A stretch of 64,000 bases of DNA. It comes from Paragordius varius. Taxonomy: Eukaryota; Animalia; Nematomorpha. Of the stretch, positions 12,569-26,700 are shown one piece after another. Each line of letters opens with the position of its first letter. Position 1 is the stretch's first letter. A program made the translations under genes and the position numbers. The stretch spans positions 1,612,001 to 1,676,000 of the forward strand of contig OZ176055.1 in NCBI GenBank assembly GCA_964247055.1, read 5' to 3'. The notes under the pieces are model-generated. The model saw only the letters and a list, made by a program, of their open reading frames with translations, was not told where the DNA came from and searched no databases.

Positions 12569-13751
12569 ATGCATGTGGTTTTCACGATTTATTCTTTTAT
12601 TCTAACTTGGTTCTTATGGTTATATGCTAATAATCTGGACTCTAGTAACGTAAGTCAATAGCTTTGATATACTATTTATAATTAATATTCACCCCAAATC
12701 AAATTCACCCTAAAAATAAATTATGTTTTCGAACTAATATAACTCATTATTAATATTAAATATATTTTTATGAAATAGTTTATAATTATTTCAGTATTTT
12801 TTTTTAAACAAATTTATTTTTTGAAAAATATAAAAATATAGGTAATTTTTAATCTTAAAAAACATATAAATTATTTGAGGGTAAATTTGAATTGTTTGAG
12901 GGTGAATTTGAAATGTTCGAGGGTGAATTCGAACTGTAAATGGTATATACAAGTGATTAAAGAAAATTGTAAACAAATGGCTATAATATAATATGTATTA
13001 CATTTTGAAAATTTCAAGTTTGTACAAATATAACTCCAGATTTGTTAATACATCATCCAAAATCTTGTACACAGTTTTATTAGGGTCAAAAAAAATTGTA
13101 AAACATATTTTTTAGCAAAAATACTGTTTCATGCGCTAATTAAACGCAAAAAAACTAAATTTCGGGCTAAGTCAAAGGTTGTATAATAATATTTAATTTG
13201 AATGTCAAAATATAGTGTAGAGGTGAAAGATGTTTTTACCACCATCGATATATTTTTGCGTTTCGTTTAAAAAAACGAGCGCATTTTAAACGAGATTCAT
13301 CAATATAAAATCATTAGTAAAATTATAATTTTTTTAAAAAAAATTTGTTATTTATAACTGGGGGTTCAACACAAACGATGGCTTTGCGGCGACATTTATG
13401 GATATAATAAATTCGACGGGCCGCATATAGGAATTGAAAAATATTTTGTTAGATTTTAAATATAAGACTGTAATAACTACCTTTATTTAAACAATTTTGG
13501 CTAGCTCTTTGCCAAAAAATGGCTTATTCAGAAAATATGTTAAAAAAATATTTTTTCTTAGTTTTTTTAAAATTTTGTTTTAAAAATTTTCTCGCCGGCA
13601 AAAATACTTTGGCGTGACACCCGTGTTTTATAACATGTGCCACGCTTTTTTAATCCTGGCGAAATATCGAAAAATGATATAACTTTCTTTGACTTGTGAG
13701 TTAAGAAACTAAAAGTAAATCAAAGTAATTTAACTTGGCCTCAATTAATGC

Positions 13752-13788
<37 letters not shown>

Positions 13789-16700
13789 ATTAAATTGCGT
13801 TAGATTTACATTTTTTTTGATATTATATCATTTGACATGGAAAAATATCTATCATCTACAAAGTCCAATCATTTATAATTATTTGATATATGGCTGTAAA
13901 ACAAAGTATCCAAAATTACCACACATGCTAATTTTAAGCAATAAATTATGTGCAGATAATTTTGGTTTAACATTTTTATTGTGGAACTATTTAATTTTTT
14001 TAAATTTAAGGCGATAGCTATCAAACGAGATAATGGCCTAATTAAGAGGTATGTAGAAGATGGTCATTTTAAATCAGACGTTCTGCAAAAAGCGAAATAC
14101 GATGAAACCTACAAGGGCAAAAAGATATATGATGGAAATGATTATGGTATGTTAATTTTTTTGATCAAAATCCTTTATTATTTAAAATGATAAATGGCCT
14201 GCAAGATTCAGCGATTTCTCAAAATAAAAATATTATATTTTATGGATTTATTGTTAGTTGTTATTTATTGAATATATATTTTTCTGATATCGGTCAAACC
14301 TCTATTTTTAAATAACTTAATAATTTTTAACTTTTATACCTTAAATGCATATCTAATGTAGCCTTTATATAGATGCGCTTTAAGTTAATCAATCTATTAA
14401 GTGATTCATTTATATCACGGCAAAAAACAAATCAAACTTAGTAAAGTTACTTTGAAACCACCAAACTAAACTAGATTTCTACCATTTTGAATCGCAATTA
14501 AAACATATTACTCAGTTTAAACCTGGAAACGCCATAGATAGGGTACTATAGAGAGTATCCTCATATAAAATCCAATTATTTTGTAGGACATCATGATCGC
14601 CAAGTGGCTTACAAGGGACACGGCGTTATCGAACACAATTACGAAGCTCAGGGCGATGATGTCTACAAATATAGGCTGGGTGGAGGGGCTGGAAACGTAG
14701 GGGTAGGTACAGGAACTGGTTATTCTCAACCCCATTCCCCCGGAATCGTGATAATTGGAAACGTGGGTCAGGCCTCAGACAATGGGTTTAAGCATGGCTA
14801 TGCCTCTGGAACAGCACTAAAACATAATGGTATATATACGAATGATGATATAATTGTTGTTGCATTTATTAAATGATAATATATACTGTATAAACTTTTT
14901 CCTTGTTTAAAATTTAAATAGCACCTTTAAACTTTTTAAAATTCATCTTTTAACATTTCAAAACTTCCCTTACACACTTCTACTCTACCCTCAAATACTA
15001 TATATTAGCCACAACTATATAATATATATTATATAGTACTATTTTAAGTTTGAACAAATGTTTTTGGTATAGGTGTTCAGATATTTATTTTTTTTCCCCA
15101 CACTATCTATATATTTATTATATCACGATAAGTAAACGCCAAAAACAAATATTTATCGGGGTATTCTAAATTCTCAAGGGAAGTGTGTCTCAGGACATAT
15201 GACATTATTGATTCTCATATATCTATATATATATAGATATATATATATATATATATATATAGGTTACAATGGCGGTGGAACGCTAGATATTGGTGGGAAT
15301 TTTCCAGGAAACGCAGGAGAATCCCCCTTTTGGAGTTTGGGTCATCAAATCAAGCCTGGAGGTCTGGGTGGCTGGAAGTCAGGACATGGGCATGGCCGAA
15401 ACAGTTACAAAGAACGGTATATTAAATCCTAAGTAATTAGTGTTATAGAGCTGAAAAATATGTAAGGTACTACGGTGAGATATTTTAAAGTTTTTGGTAG
15501 TATCAGGTTTTTAAGGTATATCACATAATTACATATATGATTTGATTGATTAATATACCATTTACAATTCAAATTCACCCTCGAACAATTCAAATCACCC
15601 TTGAACAATTCAAATTCACCCTAAAAATAAATTATGTGTTTTCGGGCTAATATAACTCATCATTAATATAAAATATTTTCTTATGGCATAGTTTATTATT
15701 TTTTCAGTATTAATATTATACTGGTAATTTTATTTTTAAAAAAATATAGGTATTTTATTAAAAAACACATAATTTCTTTTAGGGTGATTTTGAATTGTTC
15801 GAGGGTGAATTCGAATTGTGCGAGGCTGAATTTGAATTGTTTAAGGGTGAATTTGAACTGTAAATGGTATATATATTTTTTTTCAAATAAACACATTGAA
15901 TTTATGATTACAACAGTTATAAAATTGTTCAAAATTTGCAAATATATAAAATTTAAACGATTATAAATTAGGATATTACATATTGTTGCATACTCAATGC
16001 ATTAAATCGAGGTTTATATAAAACTTCCCGATAAAAAAATATAACGAATATCACGGTGCTTTTTATTTTAGACCCTACAGGTCATATCCTATTATAGTGT
16101 TTACTCCATAATCGCAAAATTAACTCACATCATCTTCATATCAATCAATACATTTATAAATGTTGACTTTAAAGTAATTTCCTGAATCGGCCTATAATAT
16201 TCCCAATAGATTTTTAATCAATAATAAATGAGACAAAGTGACCCGTCCTTGCTGAGTCCCTTAGTTTGGTCCTTCCCCATATGATCGGATGGATTTTTTA
16301 AGAATACAGTCCCTAAAATTATGACCTCGAAGCGATTTTCCAGAAAACATATAAGTTTATTTTAATTTATATTAATTTTTTGGGATTCAAGAATGTGCCG
16401 AGAGTGACAGAACCATTTTTTGAATTATCCCATCAGTTAAGCCAATGGGTTTTTCATAAAAAATGGATTCGACAAAATTATCTGGAAATCTGTCTTTCAA
16501 ATTATAAAATAGAAGAATTATCCCGTTAGTTTATCCCCTCCTGAAAATATATAAAACTAGATTGAATCAACTTTCCGAAGTGCAGGCCTATTCGAATTAT
16601 ATAGATTTAAATATTTTTTGCAGATGCGTCGAGATTAACTGAGTCATGATTTGCCATCAGTTTAACCACATCCCCTAAGGGTTTATGAGCAATCGGCTTT

Positions 16701-19468
16701 GAAGCAATGTTTGGAAAACGTGTGAGCCCATTTAAGTATGGATATTATTTAGTTTTTTACAAATGCACAGAGGAAATCAACCATTTTTTAAGTTTGCAAG
16801 GCAGTTTTCCCTGGGAAATAGAGTTATTGAAGAAATCCGGGCCTTGAGGCATTGTGAAAAAAGTGTAGGCTTATTCGTGAAAAAGGATTTCTTGAGATGG
16901 CTGAGATCCATTTTTAAAAAATTACACAATCTATGTGTTCCAGTTCCCTTGAAAAAAGGACATTAAATTAATTTTGACTGTAGTGTAAGTTTTCGACACA
17001 AGTATAGTATGAATTCATCATTGGTTCTTATTATTTGTTTTGAAAGCCACTGTTTAGGGTTAACCTTTGTAAAACACCTCCTAAAAATAAAAACATCTTG
17101 TAAAACACATATCTATAATATGTTTAGCCTGATTTCATACATTCCCCATTTAATTGGGATCATCGGCGATTATTTTTCTGCCATCGGATATCAGCTTTTT
17201 AAATAGAATATCATTAATTATAGCTTATGGCCAATTTTTAGAGGAGCGAAAGTGTAAATAAATAGAATAATGGTGGAATGTATAAGTAACTTAAATAAGA
17301 AATATATTCAACGTAAGCGATTCTATGTAATCAGAATAATAGGGTGGGTAAGAAACCTCCTAAGGTGGTCAAACATTTCATAGCCGTGTTTTGGTTCATT
17401 ATAAAATTGTTGGGCCGCCTTAATTTTTTAGACTAAGTGTTAGATCCAAATTTAATGAAAGCTAAATGCTTTATTTCAAATAAATATTAATATGATAAGC
17501 ATATTTATAAACACGAAACAATTTCGATATTAATTTTAAATATTATATCTGAATTTGGAAACACACTTTATTCACTAAAACTAATGCAAAAAAGCCTTAA
17601 TAAATTTTTAGATGAACTAAGTAGTGCGGCCCCGGAAAATCTTTTACATAACACAGTGCTAAAAAAAGCTGATAAAATATATCTTTTCTGATAAGAAAAT
17701 GAATGATTATCATGGTGATTTTGGTTTTGGCCTTTACGAGTTATCAAGTATTTGCACTTTTGTAAGTGCTCTATATCAAAAAATGGATAATTTGGGCACA
17801 TTTTTAAAATATTATTTTTTTAATGAGAGCTATACGCTTCGTTTCAACAAATATCATTATGCATCATAAACTACATATGATATGCAAAATATTTTCAAAA
17901 AAAATTTAATTTTTAGATGGGGACTTCAAAAGTGTCAAATTTTTTTGCTTTTCTAAAATGGGCTAGCTCTCTCAAAATTAACCAAAAATGCCGTACGCGA
18001 TGATTTAATATATATGCTAAATCATGATATCAACTAAAAATATTTCTTAAAAAAATGCATACTTTTTTCAAAAATTTATTTTTTTAGCAAAATTTTGTTG
18101 AAGCACACTTCATACTATTTTAAGTCATAATGGAAACGATTCATATACGCTTAAAATATCATAACATTATTTCTTAATAATTCGATGATTCTAAATTCTA
18201 TCACCACTGAATTCCGTATATATATGTTTCGTCATCAAATTAATGTTAAATCAATAGTGTGTTTTTAAAAAAATTTCCAACATTAGAAAGCAAATGAATT
18301 TTTGAATAAAAATTCTGAGGTGGGTTCAGCATCATTGAGTAAATATAATATGTGTTTTTATAGCATAGCCTCAAAATATTATAAAATACCCTTATTTTGC
18401 TAATAATTAATTAAAAGTATGATTTTTTTAAATTTTAGTTGATATCAAAATTTAGCATTTATATAAAAAAATTTTCGCGTATTCGAGGCATTTTTGCGTT
18501 TATTTTAAAAGGACTAGCTTATTTTAGAAGAGCAAAAATTTGAGACTTAGCCCACAAAAAATTGAAATTTTCTCAAAATTTTGTTTTGCTTTATATAGTT
18601 TATGATATTTTTACTGATTTTATGTGGACTGAAACCTCACCAAAATATTTTTATTTTATAAAATTTGCACATATTTTGCCATTTCTGATATGGAGGCTTT
18701 ACCACAAAAGTGTAATTAACTATCATATATCACTTGTTATATGTATATAATTAATCAGGTTATTTTCCTCTACCCTCAGAATTTGGACGCAACATTAATT
18801 ACAAAGCTAAAAAATTTGGCAACCAAAGAAAATATTGTTTTTATATTCTTATGCTTAAAATCTAATAAAATATTAGATAATTCCTAATAATACTGCTAAA
18901 GATTTTTATCTCAAAATTAAAACATTTGTATTCTTTCACTTCTGAATTGATTTGTTATAAAGAATCTAGTTTAACTCTTTAATGTGAATTGGCGAAATTG
19001 GCCGCCCGTTGACATTTTATATTACACTTAAAAGGGCAGTCTCATTAAATTTATGCTTTATTTTAGTAAAAAGAGTATAATTAAGCAAAAATATAAAGAT
19101 TCACAAAAAAAATTCGTATCAAATTACTCTAGCACCATCGTAATTCTACAATTTAGAAATATATCTTGTTTTAAGTGTGAATTTAATTATTCAAAAACTT
19201 TAGAAATACGTTAATTTAAAAAAATTAGATCATTCATGTCGTTGTCCTATTTTCGCCCCTCTGGTTTACCCTTAAATGATTATTATTCTGTCATTTTGGA
19301 ATCTAAATTTTGGCGTGTCAGTCAAAAAAGTGAAAACTTTTATGGCACGTAATATATTTAAAATATTGGATTTTAAAAAGGCATAGGGTAGTATTACCCA
19401 GAAACTAAAAATGTAGACTGCTATCATGAAAGCCAAACTAGTATTTTCTGATTTTCGTTTAAAATCGA

Positions 19469-19501
<33 letters not shown>

Positions 19502-20053
19502 CATGATTAATTATTTTTTAGATACAATAAAATTGTCAAAGAAGACAGCTTAGTAAAAGAAAAAGCACACGATAAAGGATCCCATGTTGCCAAACACGAA
19601 AGCTTCCATAATGCCAATGATGACAGAGCTGCCAAAAATTTGCAAATAGTTGAGCCAAAATATTCACATTCTAAAGGAGCAGAGGAATATAAATATTTGC
19701 CAAAAACAACGTTACAGCCATGGAATTCTAATAACTACAAAGATACTGATTACAATTATAATAATCATAAATACAAATCTAACAGTCATTCGAAAAATAA
19801 TGATAAAAAATATTATAACCATGATACACCGCATAAAGATAATATATATGAGCCATATGCTCCTTATAAAGATACTTACTCGAAATATCAATATCCGCAC
19901 GAAAAAAAACCCCACACTCATAATTATAATTATAAACCTGTCCAAAAATATAAATCTTTTGAGGTAACTTACGATGACTATGATGAAGGACTAACTCCTG
20001 TTGAAAAGGAATTAGGATATGGCTATTATCAAATCAAAAAACAACATTATTAA
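12569..20053 (+). CDS. Secreted Gly-rich / His-Tyr-Lys-Asn-rich low-complexity protein, 5 coding exons (12569-12649, 14011-14146, 14587-14829, 15263-15416, 19522-20053), 381 aa
   Basis: Exon 1 reads MHVVFTIYSFILTWFLWLYANNLDSSN (signal-like) with donor GTAAGT. Splice phases 0/1/1/2 join the ORF-track fragments at 13981, 14604, 15199 and 19640 into one open frame of 1146 nt. AATAAA lies about 16 nt after the stop. No family recognised. Confidence 0.75.
12667..12948. mobile_element. Foldback-like MITE (family T2) with 21-bp subterminal tandem repeats
   Basis: Left arm has AAATTCACCC units. Right arm is the inverse (GAGGGTGAATTTGAAATGTTC)n ending CTGTAAATGGTATAT. Confidence 0.7.
13358..13625. 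mobile_element. Degraded hAT/Charlie-like MITE; ends approximate
   Basis: GGGGTTCAACAC left end, internal GACGGGCCGCATA and CGCCGGC...GACACCC right end resemble the copy at 39365-39643. Confidence 0.4.
15554..15871. mobile_element. Foldback-like MITE (family T2), best-preserved copy (~318 bp)
   Basis: Left TATACCATTTACAATTCAAATTCACCCTCGAACAATTC and right GAATTGTTTAAGGGTGAATTTGAACTGTAAATGGTATA are long inverted repeats built from a 21-bp unit AATTCAAATTCACCCTYGAAC. Other copies are at ~24486-24606, ~32431-32709 and ~63299-63546, with partials at ~23451 and ~56575. Confidence 0.8.
16100..17200 (-). mobile_element. Highly decayed LINE reverse-transcriptase remnant in intron 4 of the Gly/His-rich gene; ends approximate
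   Basis: Minus-strand broken frames read, in RT order, NSISQGKLPCKLKKW (domain 1-like), GTQQGRVTLSHLLL (GxPQG-like) and YEDDV (YADD-like), with many stops. Confidence 0.45.
17652..18790. mobile_element. ~1.1-kb long-TIR (foldback) Tc1/mariner-type element, family F1; right end approximate
   Basis: Left end CACAGTGCT, then CATGGTGATTTTGGTTTTGG...TATTTGCACTTTTG. The inverse right arm contains ACCACAAAAGTGTAATTAAC. Same arm motifs as the copies at 48338 and 55259. Confidence 0.6.
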
Positions 20054-20720
20054 TTATATATTATTATAAATAAAATAAATTCTTATATATATCATATGTA
20101 AATTCATATTACATTTATTGGGATAAATATCATGTGTGCTTAGAGTCGGACCGTTAGCAAAGTAAAAAAATATTCATTTTAAATATTATTATAAAATTTT
20201 TGTAATTATATAGTATAAACTTTTCAATTTTTTTGACGTATAGCCAAATTTATTACAAAATTTCTATGATAAATCTAAGTTTAATATTGTCACAATTTTT
20301 TTTCATTTCAATATTACCTCTAATATTTTGATCCCTTTTTCCTTTCTATAACTTTAATGCTTTTGCACAATAGTTATAGAATGACAAAAAGGTACATTGC
20401 ATTATGCATAAACCTTTTTATTTGCAAAGACAAATAACTATCTTACTAACTAATAAAAATCATCATAATCAATGGCATAAAAGGAAGTTCGGAGCCTTCG
20501 TTTATTCTTTCTCTTTTTTATGATTAATATTATATATTTTATTATTTCAAAAAATTGTTTTACATACACTATTTCTAAAATAGTTTGACAAATCATACAT
20601 TTTTATATATACAAAATACTTTTATTTGTTTCATAATTATTTTTAGTATTTTTAAATAATTAATAGGATAATCATATTGAGAATATGTCAACAGAAGTAA
20701 TATTATATTAAGATCTATCC

Positions 20721-23700
20721 ATGATTGGAAGTCCAAGTTTTTGTGGGGTTAAAGTCCTACCCACATTAATACCCCCTGGTCATTCTCTAGCCCCTGAGCA
20801 TTTAGATCAGAATCGTAATCATGCAATTAAGCATATATCATTTAATGAAAGAGAATTTACCAATATAGCTGTCGGGCCAAAAACTCAACAAAACTTTTTG
20901 GAATCGTCGATGGAATCATCTGCGTCTGCTTTAGTAAGAGATGGCCAGCATATATATAACGCTGATGGTATAAATGAAAAGACAAAACTTAGCACGATAA
21001 AGGAACTAAATTTGTCCTCAAAAAGCATCAAACTTAGTTGTTCGCGCAAAAACAACCCAGTTAATATTCAGACCACTAATTTCAACACTAAATCATTCAA
21101 TTCCCTAACGTTAAAGTTACCTGGACACGTTAATAAACCCAGTATTATACCTGAAACATTCACATGGCTCCCGGCCCATAAAAACAAACAACGCCAACAA
21201 AAATGGAATTTTCAATCCATCTCCTCACCCTTAAACAATATTATCTGTGAGGCAAAAAGTGGGAATTGTATTGGGAAACCCCAGGAAATTGATAATAATG
21301 ACAACATTATTCATTCACCCACCATGATAATTAATAAGGGTATGATTGAGGCACGTTTATCCATGCTGAATAATTCATGTAGCAGTTCAACTTTTAGTAT
21401 CATTTCACACCCCACACATAATTCGAGGCATAAAATAAACCAAAATGAATCCACAGATACGAGTCATCATTATGCCTTATTAGAGGCTAACACCATAGAT
21501 CCTACCATGAAATCTAATAAAAAAGTTACCCGTCAGGACAAAAAAAGTGGTGATGGTAAAAAAATAATCAATAAAACATCATCCACTCCTAAAACATTAA
21601 CACGAATGGAAAAATCATCTATTTCACAATCTCAAAAGACTGCATTTTCTTCAAGCGCTTTCCCTAGCAAAATGAGGAATGATTCTGATGTAACTCTTGG
21701 AAAGTTTGCTGGAAATTGTTCAGCTCTTAAGGACAATCAAGACTTATTCCCTCGAGTTCAGGATTGTGCACATTTTCATTATGATCACGTTGAAACGGGC
21801 GTAATACATGTAAGTTAACTAATTTTTATATACAGTAATGAAAGATTCTTGCTATTATTTGACCATTTTGATTTTAAATTGGTTGCATTGGACGTTATTT
21901 TATACATGTCGGTTGCCATGTATGAGATTTTACCCGTTTGATAATTACATTTTTTGGATAATTAATTATTGAGAAAAAATGATAAATTAATAAAATAAAA
22001 AGTCATACATAGCAACTGAAATGTAAATTAAATACCATTTTAGCCAATTACTCGTTATTGCAGTTCTCTAAAAATTTTGGAAATTTTGTTGAAGAGCTTT
22101 TGTTTATAGAGATAATATATTATGCCAAAAATTTAATTTGATATATTCTCATATATTTTTAACCATGACGACGCCTAAATTTTATAAGTTATATAAAATT
22201 TATTTTATTTTTTGCGATTACATTAAACGCCTTCTTTTAAGTGCTTAATAGTAGTATCTACATATGATTCCTTTATTGTAAAACACTATCAACATATCTG
22301 ATGTAAAATAGCTAATTCTATAAAGATTCATATTTTTTTGTTTAAGGAATCCCGCCGAAATTTTCATTTATAAACCAAAAAAGGGTACCCATAGATTATA
22401 ACTTTATTTCGTATGTTACGCTTTTGATATTCATATTAATGTAATACCTTACCTAAGATGATGAATATAATGGGATTTTCAAAAGTTTTTCTGAAATTAA
22501 AAAGTTGACAAAAATATGGATTGTTTATGAAAACGCCCCTTATTTGGATGCTATTGACAAAGTTTTATAACGAAATATAGGGTTGGACATGTCCGATAAC
22601 AAATGCATTCGAATCCTGACCGTTTTTAATATTAAAAAGAAAGTTGAAAATAAAAGGTATATATAATAATGAAATGAATTTTAAATTAAGCGTAAATTTT
22701 AAAATTAAACATTTTTTTCACATCATTAAAAGCAATTAGATTGGTTAATTTTGGTTAAAATAATTGATTATTTATAACTAATTGATTTATAAGCCTCAGT
22801 CCGGCTATTATTTTTCCACTGGTCCAAAATTAAACCTTAGTCAAAATGAAGTCCAAAGTTGTTATATTACGTGTCAGTGTTAATCCTTTTCCTTTATTTA
22901 AGTTTGTCATTTTTGCCATTGAGAATTTTTAGACTTGCTATTTTTCACATAAATGAGCAAGGATATATATGGTTTTTAAGAGATAAATATTGATTTTTTG
23001 CCCATTACATATATTTATGGCATAAAATCTTTTATATTAAATTATATAATTTATAAGGGGTATGGTATATCCTGGCTTGTTTTCAATAGCTAAGCAAAAT
23101 TTTATTAGATATATAAACAACTTGAATTTTTTCATTAAATTAAACGATATGTATAAAAAACGCGCATGTAAAATTTAAAAAGTATAAAAAAATGATAATA
23201 AAACCTATTTCCTGTTACAATTTATCTATAATAACTGTATTCATATATACCGTTAGATAGATATACGTTCAGATTAAACTCATTACCCTTAATAATTGTA
23301 AGCATTAGGAAACATGCCTTCATTTTTTTATAAGAATTAATGTTTTAAAAGATTGTTTACATATGTAGGTATAATATCCTTAATTGAATATTTTGCGTAT
23401 TTTTTTTTAATGTATTTTTATTCTTTCCGCTAAAATATATAATTATAAACTATAACCATTTACAACACCTCTAATTCACCTTTGAACAATTTAAAATCAC
23501 CTTAAAATAAATTATGTGTTTTTAAGATTAAAAATTACCCATATATTTTTTAATATGTTTAAACAAAATGAAATTTCGTTTTAAATTACATAATTTGCCA
23601 ACCATGGGTATTAACTAACCAATATGTCTAAATACAAAACACCTTCTATAATTTGTCAAGTTGTTGTTTTTATAAAGTGGGAAAATTTTGAGTGATATTA

Positions 23701-26700
23701 TATGCCGTTGTTTTAAGCAATGCGTTTATAATTTCTATTTATACTTTCATTTAATTCTATATAATTTTCCTTTATCGTTATCTTACGGATTTTAATAACT
23801 GTTATTACAACTGAAAAATGTTGCGTTTGGACGAAAAAAATTAGATCAGGGGTATCCATAAATTTTATACATTAAAATTTTGCAAAATCTAGGTAAAATT
23901 GATTTTCTTAAAAATACAAAGTTTCTGATGAAGCTTTTCCGAATTAATGGTAATGAACTTGATGCGCAAACATTGTTAAAATCAATAGTAATTTTTAGTT
24001 CTTTGGTATCTAATATTTATTAATTGCCATATATTTTGCAAATGTTCCCCCGCAAAGTCATTTGTATTGAAGAGAGGCCTGTATTAGATAATTTTATATA
24101 TTGTTTAAAAGTAATATAAAATTTATCTATTCTAATTACAGTTAAGTTTATCAACTATTGCGTCTTTCAACCATGGTAAAAAGCATACATTCAGACCCAC
24201 AAATAATGACGCGACTTTGAACCAAAATTATTGCCCTTTGAACCAAAATTTCCAATTAGTAGTTGTTTGTAATGGAAAATCATGGACCCTTAATCGTAAT
24301 ATGCAATGCCTTGCAGATCTTGATGTGTGCCTTCACAAGTGCCTTTTTAATCGGTTAGTTAATTTGATATTTAATTAAAGGGTTTGAAAATTTTTTTTAG
24401 TATCGAAATTTTTTTGATTTTTTTTTCGGAATTTATATAAAATGTAAAATTTGCTGTTTGAAACAGGTATATTTATAAATTAAATTATACCATTTACAAT
24501 TTAAATTCAAGTTTACCCTTGAACAATTCAAATTCACCCTAAAAATAATTTGTGTTTTCGCGTAAATGATTTGTTTAAGGGTGAAAATTGAACTGTAAAT
24601 GGTAAATAAAATCTTTAAATGTTGAAAATGCGTTTGATGGAAATGCGAAATTCATTAATTTTTATTATTTATTAATACTCTTTTTTTTATTAATATTTAT
24701 TTGGTTCAAAATTAAATATTTTTATCATTATGAATTATAAGTAATTTAATTATTTTGTGTTCAAATGAAACTATACCAATTTTGCGAATTTTTTTTATAT
24801 CCTATAGAAAATATAGTAAGCTGATTGAAATATCGAATGCACAAATTTTTCCACAACCATGTCCTTTAACAATAGATAAAGTTAAACACTCTAATAATTC
24901 CAATGATAAAAATGCGAAAATAACGCAATTCTTGACTCTATACTTTAGTCGACTGTCTGTCCTTCTTTCCCAAAATTTTATAAACTGTGCCCATATCTTG
25001 AATTGGTTTGAGGTAAAATTTACATTAATTTTTATTTTTTGCCAACAATTTATATTTATATAGCTAAATGGCTTCTCAAATTTTTTGGTTTAAAAATCTT
25101 GAATGATTATTGAAAACAAAGCGTTTTTATTTATTATGTTTACTAGAAATAAAGTACAGTAAAAATTGATATTGTACGGAAATGTAAAAATATAAAGACA
25201 TTTTTAAAAGACTCATACTTTTTAATTCACATTATATTATATATAACCAATTGTTTTAAACTGCAAGGTATAAAAAGAGATGTAAATTGGTATAATCAAT
25301 TATATATTTTACGATTGTAACTATTCGATTCTTATAGGATAGGTTTAGAAAAGTATGGGGTTGTCTTTTGCAAAAAAAATTTGTTTACATTTTTACGTTT
25401 TGTCTGTCCGTATAATTTTATTTTTTACTGTATTTAACTTATGTAACATACATATAGCTTTGTTGCATTACGCCTTTAAATTGAAATATATGGTTTTATG
25501 TTGAAAATTTTTTTTCTCAAAAGTATACTGTACTCTATCTAATCCTTGAATTTGTTAACAGAAGATATATATTTTATATTTTTAAGATATCAGGATTAGA
25601 AAATTTTGGTGAAAGTGTTAAGTCAACCAACATATATATATATATATATATATGGATAATTCTATAAATATTTATGAGGAATTAATATATTTTCTTAGTT
25701 CAAAGTTTGTGTAAATTATATTTAAGCTTTGGTGACTTTTAACTTTTTTTGTCATTATAGATGTGAATTTGCTAGCTGACATTAATAGTAAAAACAATTT
25801 AGGGAACAAAATATATATGAGCATTTTTTCAAACTTTTGTTGTCACATATATTACATCTATCCCATTTTATGAAATTCATTTAATTTAAAATTATTTTTA
25901 AATTAACCCTGAAAAATGGTTTTTATATGTTTTATTTTGTTTTGTTTGCATAAAAATTGTTAGATGGATAATAAAGGACATCACTTAATAACTGTGGATG
26001 ATACGAAATACCACATGCTTAATACGCAAGCTATTGCTTCCGCCTTGGCCATTAAACGATATGTGGCTAAAAATTTTGGGGAACTCTCATTTGAAGTTTA
26101 TTTTCATTTTTTACAAATTAAAGTTTAAAGATAAAAATTACAAGAGCAGATATATTTTTTAAGGACAACTCTCAGTTTTACATTGTGACAATTCATTTGT
26201 AAGCTATCGTTTTGGGGTCGCGAAAAAAGGGAATAGAGATGTTAATTGGTAACACATTCTATTTTATATCATCAGGTTCTTTGGGAAAAATGAATAAAAT
26301 TTTAGTATTTTTTTAAACTCTATCAATCGTTTACTTATTATGTTTTGAAAATTTTAAACATTTTTTAGCTATGGTATTTATGAGACTCAATAAAATCTAT
26401 ATTAATATCAAAAAAAGGTAGGTAAATCATTACATTTTAAGGTTATTTTTTTAACATAGTAGTAAAATCCACTATAAATCTCAACAAATGCTTACATAAG
26501 GCATGTGACCTTCAACACATTTACGTGAAAAGAATAATTTTATTTCATTTTAAAAATGAAAAGTCTGCTTATCCCGAAAAATCAATAAATTTTAGTTTGT
26601 CAGTACCATAAGTGCTATTAAGAAAGCACTATTATATGGTATTTATCACCAAATTTTGGCATGACATGCATGTTACAATAAGAATTAAAATCTTTTACCT

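Noticed and set aside
15554-15871. 21-bp repeated units read as a CRISPR array
   Set aside because: The units are contiguous with no unique spacers, occur in mirror-image arms, and sit in eukaryotic introns. No cas genes are present.
16763-17206. Plus-strand ORFs at 16763 and 17009 as extra exons of the Gly/His-rich gene
   Set aside because: Their composition is unlike the rest of the protein, exons 4 and 5 already join in phase, and the region reads better as an antisense LINE remnant.
4339-18750. Short ORF-track entries at 4339, 5408, 9455, 10216, 12791, 13748, 15696, 15784, 17568 and 18562 (also 30787, 38241 and 55822)
   Set aside because: Most lie within MITE or foldback repeats or (AT)n tracts, and the rest in AT-rich non-coding DNA. 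They are F/I/K/L/N-biased, and those in the duplicated unit are not conserved as ORFs between copies.
19650-19967. Overlapping Ile-rich ORFs in other frames (19650-19967 +, 19712-19945 -)
   Set aside because: By-products of the AAT/TAT/CAT-rich, stop-poor codon content of the real exon. They have no independent splice or start support.
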